From positions 1 through 64,000 of the forward strand of contig CAVTCR010000050.1 of the NCBI GenBank assembly GCA_963733195.1: DNA of 64,000 nt, written 5' to 3'. The number at the start of each line of letters is the position of its first letter. Position 1 is the first letter of the stretch. This document shows positions 30,690 to 41,055 of the stretch, in pieces. Below the pieces are notes generated by a model that saw nothing but the letters and a program-made list of their open reading frames with translations, ran no database searches and was not told the origin of the DNA. Position numbers and translations under genes: made by a program. The stretch is from an uncultured delta proteobacterium. Lineage in GTDB: Bacteria; Desulfobacterota; Binatia; Bin18.

Positions 30690-32192
30690 CTATATTCCCT
30701 TCTCTGGTTCACCAGTCGGCAACGCAACGGTAAATGTAACGCCACCTCCAACATTATTCGCAGCAGTGACCCGTCCATGGTGAAGTTCAACGATCTTCTG
30801 CGCAAATGTCAGTCCTAGCCCTGTCCCTTTCTCCTTTGTTGAGAAAAACGGCGAGAATAATCGTGCCAAATTTTCCTCGGAGATACCGCTTCCCTTATCC
30901 GTCACAGCAATGGTGAGAACCTCTGTTTTCTCTTCCAGGGCAATAACAACATTGCCAGGGCAAGGCGAGGCTTCAATCGCATTCTTAAAGAGATTCAACA
31001 GGGCTTGCTTCATTTTTATATGATCTACAAACAGGACTGCGGATGGAGCCCCGCATCGATAGTCGATCACAATCTCGCGTGCCATCCCAACGGGAGAAAG
31101 CTCTCGTACTGTCTCTTGTATCAGTTCATCTATGGAACATGGTTCCACATGCAAAACAAAATCACGCGAGAAAATTAACAAATCCGACAGGGTAGTGTTC
31201 AGCTCAGTTATAGCACCATCGATTTGTCCAACACGTTCTCTTGCTTCATTCACGGCTTGTGCTGACAGCACCTGATCATCATTGAGGCTCTCCCGTAACA
31301 GATCACACTGTAACCCGAGGAGTCCAACCTTCTGCAGTATCTGATGCGAGATCGCCGATGACATCTGCCCAATAGCTGCAAATCGTTCGCTCCGTGCCAG
31401 GTCACTATTCATAAGCTGGAGTCTTACGTTCTGATTGATAATTTCCGCTTGTCGCATGGTCAGTGTCCACATCAAGAGATGAGCCGCCCCGACCGGTAGC
31501 ACCCCAAGGTACAACCCTGCGACCCCAAAGGTATTCAACCCCAAAGTCATAATCGCCACATGGGGAGAAACAAGAAAGAGTCCAGCAGCAAGCAACGCTG
31601 GCAAGCTCGAGGCAAAATCAATCCCGGGCGTATACAGAACACCATATCGCCTCCGATGTTGCACCCCGTATCCAAGGGCAAATACGACCCAGCCTCCAAC
31701 CTCGCTGAAAAGAAATCGCGAAAGGGTTTCAAACTCTCCGATTCGCAATGGGAAACTTCCCCCTCCGGAACGAAACAGCATATACCGTGCACTCAACGCA
31801 ACGAGGAGAATCGTGGCAAACTCTAAGACCCGATAAACGGGGAAGGGATCATCCGCAATCGTTGAAGGAACAACTGCAAATCCCCACCGCTTGAACAAAA
31901 GAGCAAAGGGAGTCACCACCGCAAGGCTAATCATAATTAGGAAGAGGGCAAAAAGCCCAACTGCATAGAGTAAGGCACTAGCTGTCGCCAAAAAAAGAAG
32001 CGACAGAAAAAAGTCCTCTCCAATTTCAACTGACAGGAGTATCCCAGCGCACAGAAGCGGTAGAAAGGCAGCGTAAAGCCCAAGGTATCCGAAGTTAAAT
32101 GCGACTATTCCAGTTGCAGCCAGCACTCCTGCTAGGCCTATGACAAACAAGATCCAGGAAGCGGCCACCACCGGTCGTCGTTCCCGCATCAT
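30690..32192 (-). CDS. Membrane sensor histidine kinase
   Basis: Many N-terminal TMs; atypical H-box ISHQILQK; NLFKNA, DKGSG, PFFSTK..GTGLGL. Confidence 0.88.
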   Translation of the reverse strand: MMRERRPVVAASWILFVIGLAGVLAATGIVAFNFGYLGLYAAFLPLLCAGILLSVEIGEDFFLSLLFLATASALLYAVGLFALFLIMISLAVVTPFALLFKRWGFAVVPSTIADDPFPVYRVLEFATILLVALSARYMLFRSGGGSFPLRIGEFETLSRFLFSEVGGWVVFALGYGVQHRRRYGVLYTPGIDFASSLPALLAAGLFLVSPHVAIMTLGLNTFGVAGLYLGVLPVGAAHLLMWTLTMRQAEIINQNVRLQLMNSDLARSERFAAIGQMSSAISHQILQKVGLLGLQCDLLRESLNDDQVLSAQAVNEARERVGQIDGAITELNTTLSDLLIFSRDFVLHVEPCSIDELIQETVRELSPVGMAREIVIDYRCGAPSAVLFVDHIKMKQALLNLFKNAIEASPCPGNVVIALEEKTEVLTIAVTDKGSGISEENLARLFSPFFSTKEKGTGLGLTFAQKIVELHHGRVTAANNVGGGVTFTVALPTGEPEKGI

Positions 32193-32194
32193 GA

Positions 32195-33666
32195 TTAGTC
32201 TCTGCCTGTAAGGAACCGATCAAGCTGAGGAGCCTGTCGAAACAACAAAAAACCGTACGCGGCATTCCCTGGATCAAAGTCAAGATCATTCATGGAATTG
32301 TTGATTCGCACGCGCGAGAAGCTATGTCGCTCAACTAGGCAGTTATCTCCGCACTCAATATCGTCAAAGCTTTCGTACTTAACTGGGATCCGCTCTTCCA
32401 CATCCCAATAAGTCATAATACGAACAGCCGGGTATTCTCGCAGTTGGCCCCGCAAAAAACTAAATTCGAGGCCATAGCAAGGTCGCTGCTCACACTCATG
32501 AACCCCCAAGAACCGTACTTTCAACTCCCCCCGTAACCATCCGCGAAATAGTTGCTCCTGCAACCGTTCTACTAATCGGTTGAACCCAAATTCCGTTACC
32601 TGAGGTCGTCCCCCCCACCGCGCCAGATAGCCATCTGGCGCGACATCCCCTATGAGAGGGATCCCTTTCCAGGAGGTCCGAATTCTCACTCTGTCGCCGT
32701 TTCGGCCCCGCCGGAACAATGCTTCTTGGGTGTTTCCAGGATCCCTCCCCCAATGCAAGTACAGATCAAATGGTTTCCGAAATTTGAATGAAATCTCACT
32801 GTGATTGACCTCGCCATTTCCTTTTGGCGTTTCATAGCCCCAGACCCCAGAATAATCTAAGATCTCACCATAGCGCCGTTGCCAGCTCTGACTAAATCCT
32901 CGCAAATCGATATTCGTCTCGCTGTTGACAGGAGAGTCGGTGTCATCGTTCTCTTCATCGCGGAACACTTGGGCATGGACTCCCGTGTTGACGCGCAGAC
33001 TCGTGTATACCATGCGCTGGCGGACCTCTCCTCCAGCCCCACGCAACGCAAGCTCCACAGGGATACCTGTTCCTCGTTCAATAACGAATTCGTAGGTCGC
33101 TACTGAGTTGTCCCGAAACGGGATCAGGAAGGCTGGTACACTAAGAACAAAGCGCCCTTCTCGATCTTGAGGCGAAGGGCGACGAACTTCAACTAATCGT
33201 AAACTACGATCAGTGATTGGCCGCTGCGCGAGCAGAACCAACGCCGTAAGCCATTCGTTAAGATCCTTAAATCCGGGTACAAACGGTTCTCCTACCTCCG
33301 TCGCTGGTACATTCACCGTCACATAGTCGAATCCTTCACCAAGACGAATCAACACATTACCAGGATTCACATCTGGTCGTATCAATAGCGTCGTTCCTTT
33401 ATAGAGCCCGGATTGCCATCGAACCGAGAGAAATCCCGGTTTTCGAAACACAACATCAAGCGTTTCTTGTCGGGGATTAGCTCTCCTTTCCTCAACCTCG
33501 TGCCGTAGAGTCCCTTGATAGTCTTCAAGTCGATAGTAGGCAGTCTGACATTGCAACAAGATGTCCAGGACATCCTGGAGCGTGTCCGACTGAGCCGTCG
33601 ATGACACAAGGAGGATGCGCAGGTGCAGCAGAGGACCCCCACGCTGACCACACATCGAGAGCGCAT
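32195..33666 (-). CDS. Exported protein with two DUF1571/LolA-like domains (probable N-terminal frameshift)
   Basis: Repeated DYxG....FRKP..L..W unit; ATG 33666 overlaps the upstream stop (TGATG); long ORF is 32195-33655. Confidence 0.6.
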
Positions 33667-34319
33667 CACTCCGCCCCTAGTCCAGCTTTAAGCGCGAGAA
33701 TCGCCGCTTTTGTTCGATCATTCACTTGCAGCTTACGAAAGATACTAGCAAGGTGCATCTTAACAGTGAGTTCACTGATAAACAGCTTTTGGCTAATCTC
33801 TCGATTATTGGCGCCAGTAGATACGAGGCGCAAGACTTCTTCTTCTCGTGGAGTTAATGTGTTCACCAACCGCCGCAGCTCTTCAACTTCTTGATCTTTC
33901 TGAAACTCCCGCAGAAACTTCCCGGCGAGTTCAGGATTCAAAACAAGCTCCCCTGCGGCAACTTTCCGTAGCGTCTCAAGGATATCTTTCGCTCGCGTAT
34001 TCTTGAGCAAGTAGCCGACAGCTCCAGCCTTCAAAGCGCGGAAAATTAAATCTGGATTATCGTATCCTGTAAAAATCACAACCTTCGCCTGTGGCCTATA
34101 TTTGCGCACCAAAGCCGTAGCGGTAATCCCATCTCCCTGCGGCAACTCAATATCCATAAGGACAAGCGCCGGGTCAGCTTCTTTAAGCACCCCTTCAAGC
34201 TGTACTACATCTTCCGCCACCCCCACCACCTCAAAATCGACTTGCTTCTTGAAAAGCTGCTGAATCCCAGTCAGCATCACTGGATGGTCTTCTACTATCA
34301 CGAGAGAAATTTTTCCCAT
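33666..34319 (-). CDS. NarL/LuxR family response regulator
   Basis: VEDHP, LMDI, GAVGYLLK, LTPREEEVL, TVKMH. Confidence 0.95.
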   Translation of the reverse strand: MGKISLVIVEDHPVMLTGIQQLFKKQVDFEVVGVAEDVVQLEGVLKEADPALVLMDIELPQGDGITATALVRKYRPQAKVVIFTGYDNPDLIFRALKAGAVGYLLKNTRAKDILETLRKVAAGELVLNPELAGKFLREFQKDQEVEELRRLVNTLTPREEEVLRLVSTGANNREISQKLFISELTVKMHLASIFRKLQVNDRTKAAILALKAGLGAE

Positions 34320-34461
34320 TTTAGACTCTTTCCATCCCGCCTAATGCCCATCTCCCCCATTTCAAACCCCGTACCCTTCAGGACATTTTGCGTAATTTCG
34401 CCAACATAAAAGTCCCCCTCCTACTGGTCAAGAATTTCTTCCTTTTATTGCCTGAAATCGA

Positions 34462-34512
34462 ATGGGGGTACTCGCGTGCGCCGCCGCGCGGCGCAAAGCG
34501 AAGTGCCCCCAT
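34462..34512. repeat. GC-rich long hairpin (REP-like) in an AT-rich divergent intergenic region
   Basis: ATGGGGGTAC..TGCGCCG...CGGCGCA..GTGCCCCCAT. Confidence 0.6.
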
Positions 34513-34835
34513 GAGAGCCTTCCTGAACGACAAATTCACAGAAAGTCGCCATATCAAATGAATTACTCGAAGACATTTTAGACATTATGAAATAGAATTA
34601 TTCTTTATAATTTTTAGTCAAATTAAACACGACTTGAATGCTTTTCAAAATCGCCAATTATTAGTCGCTAAAACAGAAACTTCGAATTTTCCCTATTTAA
34701 TCCAAATATTAAGTTATTTTTCCGCTTAATTTCCATTGATTAGAATATTTTTAGTCATTTTTTCAAATTAATAACTTTTTTGTCGTTTTAATTTTTGTCT
34801 GTTATTTAGTCAAATAAAATGGCTTATTCTTGCTC

Positions 34836-34863
34836 TATTCACAGGCTGAAAAATATGTGAATA
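34836..34863. promoter_or_regulatory. Inverted-repeat operator candidate
   Basis: TATTCACA-N12-TGTGAATA, 25 bp upstream of ATG 34888. Confidence 0.45.
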
Positions 34864-34887
34864 ACTATTTTATAAGGGGACTTTTCC

Positions 34888-35637
34888 ATGGATATCGACA
34901 CAGATAAGCGCAAAGGGGTGCGCCAAAAAAGCCCAAACGCCCCAGCCTATAGCGTACAAGAAGTATTAGAAGATGCTCGCAGAATCTTTCGCATAGAGAA
35001 CCAAGTGCCAATTAGTCGAGAATCAATAGCGGAGCACCTCGGTTTGGCTGCGCAATCTGGTCCTTTTAATCGAAAGCTGAGCAGCCTCCGTCAATATGGC
35101 TTCCTAGAACCTGTCGGTAAAGACCTCCGTGTCAGCGATCTATTTCTTCGTATCGATCACGCTACAGATGAAACAGACCGCCAGCATGCCTTACGTGAGG
35201 CCCTCGGTCGCCCTGCCATTTTTCAAGGCTTATTAAGCCAATACGAAACTACTGGTGGTGGGCTTCCCTCTGACATTAACCTCACTAATCAACTCGTACT
35301 CAAGTTCCGTTTTACCAAGACCAATGCCGAAACCGTTGCCAAGTCCTTCCTCGAATCTGCCCGTTTTGCAGGATTGACCCAATCCCGACTCTACACTCCT
35401 CCTCTGCCTCACTTGCTTCCTGCATCTCCCTCCCCTCTGTCCCAACTAATCTCAAGAACCCCAGAACCCACCTCGGAGGTTCATCGCTCTCGCAATGAAC
35501 CGGTTACTCAGTGCCGCCAAGAAATTCCACTCGGTTCAGGTCGCCGTGCAATCGTGTCCGTTCCTGAGGATGTCTCTCCTGAAGAAATCGCCAAAGTCAT
35601 CCGTGTTCTTCATGCACTTGCCGGTGTCGATCTCTAA
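34888..35637 (+). CDS. Hypothetical protein, probable winged-helix DNA-binding protein
   Basis: SRESIAEHLG..KLSSLRQYGFLE wHTH-like pattern; Pro-rich linker; small C-terminal domain. Confidence 0.6.
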   Translation: MDIDTDKRKGVRQKSPNAPAYSVQEVLEDARRIFRIENQVPISRESIAEHLGLAAQSGPFNRKLSSLRQYGFLEPVGKDLRVSDLFLRIDHATDETDRQHALREALGRPAIFQGLLSQYETTGGGLPSDINLTNQLVLKFRFTKTNAETVAKSFLESARFAGLTQSRLYTPPLPHLLPASPSPLSQLISRTPEPTSEVHRSRNEPVTQCRQEIPLGSGRRAIVSVPEDVSPEEIAKVIRVLHALAGVDL

Positions 35638-35722
35638 CCGGGTCTTTGCCTCACTGAACCTACTTGACCCTCTATCCTGTTTTCTGCATCCTTCCTTACA
35701 CACAATCGCTAAGAGTGGAGCA

Positions 35723-36553
35723 ATGTACTATTTAACTCGTCTCGTAGAGTTCGAAGCCTCTCATCGTTATTGGAATCCCGAATTCTCTCTCGAAGAGAAT
35801 CATCATACGTTTGGTAAATGTGTGAGCCCTCACGGACACGGCCACAATTACGTTCTGCGAGTAACCCTTGCCGGCCACAGCGATCCACGAACCGGTATGG
35901 TTCTTAATGTCAAAGAACTCGATCGAATTTTAAAAGAAGTCAGCAGTGAGTTTGATCACAAATTTATCAACGCAGATCACCCTTCGTTTCACGATCGTAT
36001 CCCCACAACTGAGAACCTTGCCTCATACATGCGCGATCGCATTGAAGAGAAGCTCCAAGCGGAACGAGGTAGTTATTACCTCGCCCAAGTCCGTCTGTAT
36101 GAAGAGCCAACCCTCTGGTCAGACGTGTTTGCCGGAGAAGGACGCACTATGGCATGCCTAACAAAAACGTTCGGTTTCAGCGCTGCACATCGGCTTCACA
36201 GCTCCCTGCTTTCCGATGAAGAGAATCAGACTGTTTTCGGCAAGTGCAATAACCCCAATGGCCATGGTCATAATTATGAACTCGAAGTGACTGTCCAAGG
36301 GGAGATTGACCCCCGTACTGGTATGATTATGGATTTGGGCGCCCTAATGCAGATCGTGCAAGAAGAGGTGATCAATCGCTTTGATCACAAGCATCTAAAT
36401 AGCGATACCGTCGAATTCAGCACCTTGAACCCAACTGGCGAGAATATCACTAAAGTCATCTGGGACCTGTTGAATCCTAAGCTAGGTAAGAACCTCACGA
36501 AGATCGGCCTCTGGGAAACTCCCAAAAACTTTTTCGAGTATACCGGCGAGTAA
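35723..36553 (+). CDS. Tandem two-domain 6-pyruvoyl-tetrahydropterin synthase (PTPS/QueD family)
   Basis: Two repeats: FGKCVSPHGHGHNY..PTTEN and FGKCNNPNGHGHNY..PTGEN..ET. Confidence 0.9.
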   Translation: MYYLTRLVEFEASHRYWNPEFSLEENHHTFGKCVSPHGHGHNYVLRVTLAGHSDPRTGMVLNVKELDRILKEVSSEFDHKFINADHPSFHDRIPTTENLASYMRDRIEEKLQAERGSYYLAQVRLYEEPTLWSDVFAGEGRTMACLTKTFGFSAAHRLHSSLLSDEENQTVFGKCNNPNGHGHNYELEVTVQGEIDPRTGMIMDLGALMQIVQEEVINRFDHKHLNSDTVEFSTLNPTGENITKVIWDLLNPKLGKNLTKIGLWETPKNFFEYTGE

Positions 36554-36557
36554 GACT

Positions 36558-37283
36558 ATGTCTTCGTACGATCTTCATGGTCAGGTCGCTATTGTCACTG
36601 GAGCGGGTTCTGGTATCGGGCGGGCAGTCGCTCTCGTCCTTGCCCGAACTGGAGCTAAAGTCGCTCTCGCCGCCCGCACGAAACAAAAACTCGATGATCT
36701 CGTCACTGACATCACTAAAAGTGGTGGATCCGCCTTAGCGGTCCCCACTGATGTTGGGAACGAACTCCAAGTCGAAGCGTTAGTGGCTAAGACGAAATCG
36801 GCCTACGGCCATATCGATATCCTCGTCACCAGTGCTGGCGGCGCTGTTTTCGGTCCGCTGACCGAATCCCGCACAGAAGACTGGGATTCCATGATCAACA
36901 TCAACTTGCGTGGAACCTACCTCTGCTGCAAACATACTATCCGAGAGATGATCCCTCGTGGGCGTGGCCATATCCTCAATGTTCTCTCCATCGCCAGCAC
37001 CCACATCCTTCCAGGATCAACGGCCTATACAGCCTCCAAATTTGGCGCTCTTGGTTTAACTAAAGTCATCGCCGCAGAGGTTCGCTCCTTAGGTATCAAA
37101 GTTACTGCTGTTATCCCAGGAGCAGTAGATACCCCACTGTGGGACACCAGTGGCAGCACTCTTGATCGCGGAAAGATGCTCTCTTCAACTGACGTTGCCA
37201 ATGCCATGCTCAGCGTCATTTCCCAACCTTCTAGTATCTACACCGACGAAATCGTACTCATGCCACCGTTAGGAATCTTGTGA
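36558..37283 (+). CDS. SDR family oxidoreductase
   Basis: TGAGSGIG, YTASK, PGAVDTPLWD. Confidence 0.9.
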   Translation: MSSYDLHGQVAIVTGAGSGIGRAVALVLARTGAKVALAARTKQKLDDLVTDITKSGGSALAVPTDVGNELQVEALVAKTKSAYGHIDILVTSAGGAVFGPLTESRTEDWDSMININLRGTYLCCKHTIREMIPRGRGHILNVLSIASTHILPGSTAYTASKFGALGLTKVIAAEVRSLGIKVTAVIPGAVDTPLWDTSGSTLDRGKMLSSTDVANAMLSVISQPSSIYTDEIVLMPPLGIL

Positions 37284-37310
37284 CATATTGTCCGTTCCTT
37301 CGCTCTTCTC

Positions 37311-38294
37311 TTGCTCTTCAGTCTCTTCACTGGAATCGCCTGCAACAGCAAACCTGTTCAGGAAGTGCCAAATTCCTTTCATGTTGCTTTGCTAACTCCA
37401 GGCCCGGTCAGCGATGCTGGTTGGAATGCTCTCGCGTACGAAGGCTTAATGAAGATCAAAGAAGTACTTCACGCCGAAGTCAGTCAGGTCGAAACCAAGA
37501 CCCCCGCTGATTTCGAGGAAGCTTTTCGTGACTACGCCAGTCGCAATTTCAACCTCATCTTTGGTCACGGCTTCGAATTTCAGGATGCCGCCGCAAAAGT
37601 TGGCGCCGACTTTCCTAGCTCTGTATTCATCACTACCTCCGGTAGCACCGTTCGCAAGAACGTTGCCCCCATGCGCTTTCTTCTCGAAGAAGCCACCTAT
37701 CTCATGGGCATGATGAGCGCGCTCGTCTCCACGACTGGCAAAGCTGGTGCTATTGGTGGGGTTGAGATCCCACCTCTGAAAAGTACCTTCATGGCTTTTG
37801 AAGCAGGAGCCAAAAGCATCAATCCAAATTTTCAGGTGATCGTCTCCTACATTGGCAATTGGGAAGACGTCGGCGCCGCCAAGCAAGCAGCCATTGCTCT
37901 CATTGAGCAAGGATGCGATGTCATTATCCCTAATGCTGACGCCGCGAGTCTTGGTGCGTTTCAGGCGGCTCAAGAAAAAGGGATCCTCGCCTTCGGTACC
38001 AATAAAAATCAAAATGACCTGGCTCCCAATGCCGTACTTGCCAGTGGTGTCATCGATATCCCCACAGCATTCCTGCAAATGGCTCAATCCGTACAAAACC
38101 ATTCTTTTCAAGGACGCATCATCCGCCTAGGCATGAAAGATAATGTCATTTCTCTCGTGTACAACCCGATACTCAAAAGTCGTCTTTCATCCGCAGCGCA
38201 AATTCGTATAGACACCGCGCAGCAGCAAATCATCAACGGCACCTTGACCGTACCGAGCGTCGAATTCTCCCCAGTCCAAACCGGTGCGTCGTAA
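37311..38294 (+). CDS. BMP family ABC transporter substrate-binding lipoprotein (start uncertain)
   Basis: Lipobox GIAC; DAGWN, GHGFEF. Confidence 0.88.
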   Translation: MLFSLFTGIACNSKPVQEVPNSFHVALLTPGPVSDAGWNALAYEGLMKIKEVLHAEVSQVETKTPADFEEAFRDYASRNFNLIFGHGFEFQDAAAKVGADFPSSVFITTSGSTVRKNVAPMRFLLEEATYLMGMMSALVSTTGKAGAIGGVEIPPLKSTFMAFEAGAKSINPNFQVIVSYIGNWEDVGAAKQAAIALIEQGCDVIIPNADAASLGAFQAAQEKGILAFGTNKNQNDLAPNAVLASGVIDIPTAFLQMAQSVQNHSFQGRIIRLGMKDNVISLVYNPILKSRLSSAAQIRIDTAQQQIINGTLTVPSVEFSPVQTGAS

Positions 38295-38302
38295 TCCTTT
38301 CC

Positions 38303-39837
38303 ATGCCCGACATCTCTGTACGGGAAATCACCAAAGCTTTCTCAAGCGTCCTCGCTGTCGATCACGTCAGTATTGACTTCCACGCTGGTGAGATTCACGC
38401 CATTCTCGGAGAGAATGGTGCGGGTAAATCCACTCTCATGCATCTCCTCTCTGGCTTGTATCGTCCAGATTCCGGCACCATTCTCCTCAACGGTCAACCG
38501 CATATCTTCTCATCGCCTCGCGCCGCCCTTGCTGCTGGGATCGCTATGGTCCACCAGCACTTCATGCTGATTCCGTCGTTTACTATTGCTGAAAACATTC
38601 TTCTCGCACTTCCAGGCTCCAGCAAAAGTCGAATCGATCGCCCAGCCCTTGCTCAGCAAGTAAGAAACCTCGCCACCCAATTCGGTATAAACATCGAAAG
38701 TCCCGACACTCCTGTCGCCGCACTCTCTGTCGGTTCTCAACAACGAGTGGAGATCCTCAAAACGCTCGCCGCCTCAGCCCGCGTATTGATTCTCGATGAA
38801 CCCACCGCAGTGCTTACACCAACGGAAGTAGATAATCTTTTCACTGTACTGCGGCGCTTGAAACAGGAAGGATACTTGATCCTCTTGATCACCCATAAGA
38901 TTCCCGAGGTCTTAGCCATCGCCGACCGGCTCTCCGTCCTCCGTCGCGGTCGCCTCGTCACAACCAAGGAAACTGCCGCTAGTACTCCACAGGAACTTGC
39001 TCAGCTGATGATCGGTGATCTTTCCCTTCCCACTTCACTACCGAAAACTCATCTTTCGCCCCATAGTGAATCAGACTCGAGTTCCCCCCTCTTTTACTCC
39101 TCGATAACATGTCAGTCTCCGCAGCTTCCGGTGGTATGTCATTACGGAATCTGTCGCTGACGTTACGACCAGGCGAAATCGTTGGCATTGCCGGTGTTGA
39201 TGGCAACGGGCAAACTGAACTGATTGAAATCCTGCTCGGATTCCGTAAACCAACAGAAGGAACCATCAGAATAAACGGCTCTCAGTTGAGCCAATCAACA
39301 CCAGCCCAGGTACGCGCGCTAGGTGTTTCACTCATCCCTCAAGACCGTCGCCGTGAAGGACTCGCACTTTCCTTATCTGTTGAGGAGAATCTTCTTCTCA
39401 ATACTCAGCGCCTCTCGACCATCTCTCCTGGACTTTACCTTAATCCCGATCACACACGTCAATTCGCTTACTCGCAAATCGAGAACTTTGGTATCCGCAC
39501 CTCTTCTCCGATCGAACCCGTCTCTTCTCTCTCTGGTGGTAACCAGCAACGCGTTGTCATTGCTCGCGAATTAGCAACTCACCCGCAGATTATTATTGCC
39601 GCGAACCCCACACGAGGCCTCGACATCGGAGCAACCGACTACGTTCACCGTACCCTCATTGAGCACTGCCAGCGCGGCGCAGGGGTCATTCTCATCTCCA
39701 CCGACCTTGACGAAACTCTCGCGCTCAGTCATCGCATCTATGCACTCTACCAAGGCCGCTTGTTAGGACCCGTAGATCCTATAACTGGGCATACTGCTCT
39801 CGGCCTAATGATGACTGGAGTAACTACAACATCGTGA
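38303..39837 (+). CDS. ABC transporter double ATPase, nucleoside/sugar type (one frameshift ~39090)
   Basis: GENGAGKST, VHQHFML, LDEPT; second half GVDGNGQ, LSGGNQQR, NPTRGLD. Confidence 0.88.
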
Positions 39838-39896
39838 CAGCTCGATTCCTTCCACGACAACAATGCCTTGTACACTGGACAAGGCATAACACCGCT

Positions 39897-39958
39897 TGTC
39901 CTGCTGCGCCAGTGCGAGGTGAGCGTAGCCGTGTTCGCGGCGAAGTCGAAGGATGACG
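39897..39958. repeat. REP-like intergenic element
   Basis: TGTCCTGC...GAGCGTAGCCG..CGGCGAAGTCGAAGGATGAC between the ATPase and permease genes. Confidence 0.35.
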
Positions 39959-39966
39959 AGCTCTCC

Positions 39967-41055
39967 ATGTACGCGAAAACGACTCTCCTTTCACCACTCC
40001 TTGCCCTTGTGTCGTCTATTATCGTCATCACGATAGGGCTATGGCTCACTGGCATCAGTGCCTCAAGCGTCTTTGTTAACTTATGGCTTGGTGCTGCTGG
40101 CGACTCGTATCGTCTCTCTGAAACTGCCGTCAAAGCCTGCCCGTTACTATTCACTGGCCTTGCGGTTATGCTCGCCCTCCGCGCTGGACTCTGGAACATT
40201 GGCGCAGAGGGGCAATTACTCCTCGGTGCACTTTCGGCTGCCTGGGTTGGTCAATACACTGCAGCACTCCCCTCTCCTCTCGCGATCCTCATTGTAGTGG
40301 TGGTCTCTCTGAGTGCAGGATTCCTCTGGGCTGGCTGTGCCGCTTATCTCAAACAGAAACACAGCGTCAATGAGGTCATCAGCACCATCATGCTCAATTT
40401 TGTCGCTGTCTATCTTGTCAGTTACGGTGTCCATGGACCGCTCATGGAAGCATCTGGACAATATCCTCAAACAGATCCCCTTCCCATCGCCGCCACGCTC
40501 CCGCGGCTCTTCCCTCCAGCACGTTTTCATCTCGGCATCGCTCTCGCTCTCGTCACCGCAATCATCATCTGGATTTTTCTCTTCCGTACCAAAGCTGGTT
40601 TCCGCCTCCGTGCAACCGGTGCCAACCCAACCGCTGCACACTTCGCTGGGATTGCGGTAGAGCGCGAAGTCACTATCGCCTTCTTGTTCAGTGGAGCCCT
40701 TGCTGGTCTGGCCGGTGGCATCGAAGTGAGTGGAGTCACCCAACGAGTGTACGAAAAATTCTCTCCTGGCTATGGCTATACTGCGATTGCCGTTGCTCTC
40801 GTCGGGCAACGTGATCCTGCTGGGGTAGTGTTTGCAGCTCTTTTCTTTGGAGCATTGGATGCTGGAGCAAGTGCCGTACAAAGAAACGTCGGAGTCTCTT
40901 CAGTGTTGACGTCCGTCATCCAAGCAACTGTCGTACTCTTTCTCGCCGCCTATAGTACCGAAACTGTACAACGCCTTGTCCATCGAATTTCAACACGCTC
41001 CGCGCTTCCGTTGCTTATCTGTCTGGTTTCTCTCTGTTCACACTATCAAGCGTAA
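39967..41055 (+). CDS. ABC transporter permease
   Basis: NIGAEGQ, NEVISTIMLN, GYGYTAIAVAL. Confidence 0.9.
   Translation: MYAKTTLLSPLLALVSSIIVITIGLWLTGISASSVFVNLWLGAAGDSYRLSETAVKACPLLFTGLAVMLALRAGLWNIGAEGQLLLGALSAAWVGQYTAALPSPLAILIVVVVSLSAGFLWAGCAAYLKQKHSVNEVISTIMLNFVAVYLVSYGVHGPLMEASGQYPQTDPLPIAATLPRLFPPARFHLGIALALVTAIIIWIFLFRTKAGFRLRATGANPTAAHFAGIAVEREVTIAFLFSGALAGLAGGIEVSGVTQRVYEKFSPGYGYTAIAVALVGQRDPAGVVFAALFFGALDAGASAVQRNVGVSSVLTSVIQATVVLFLAAYSTETVQRLVHRISTRSALPLLICLVSLCSHYQA

Noticed and set aside
34520-34880. oriC (AT-rich, DnaA-box-like TTATTCACA at 34856-34864, divergent genes)
   Set aside because: Only one or two boxes, no dnaA/dnaN nearby, and the skew stays C-rich on both sides
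37281-37311. Stop-codon readthrough fusing the SDR to the BMP lipoprotein (same frame)
   Set aside because: A cytoplasmic SDR fused ahead of a lipoprotein signal is implausible; an uncertain start or a 1-bp indel is simpler
38303-39837. Programmed frameshift in the ABC ATPase and other split genes
   Set aside because: No clear slippery site or stimulator; indels also hit essential serS, which points to sequencing error
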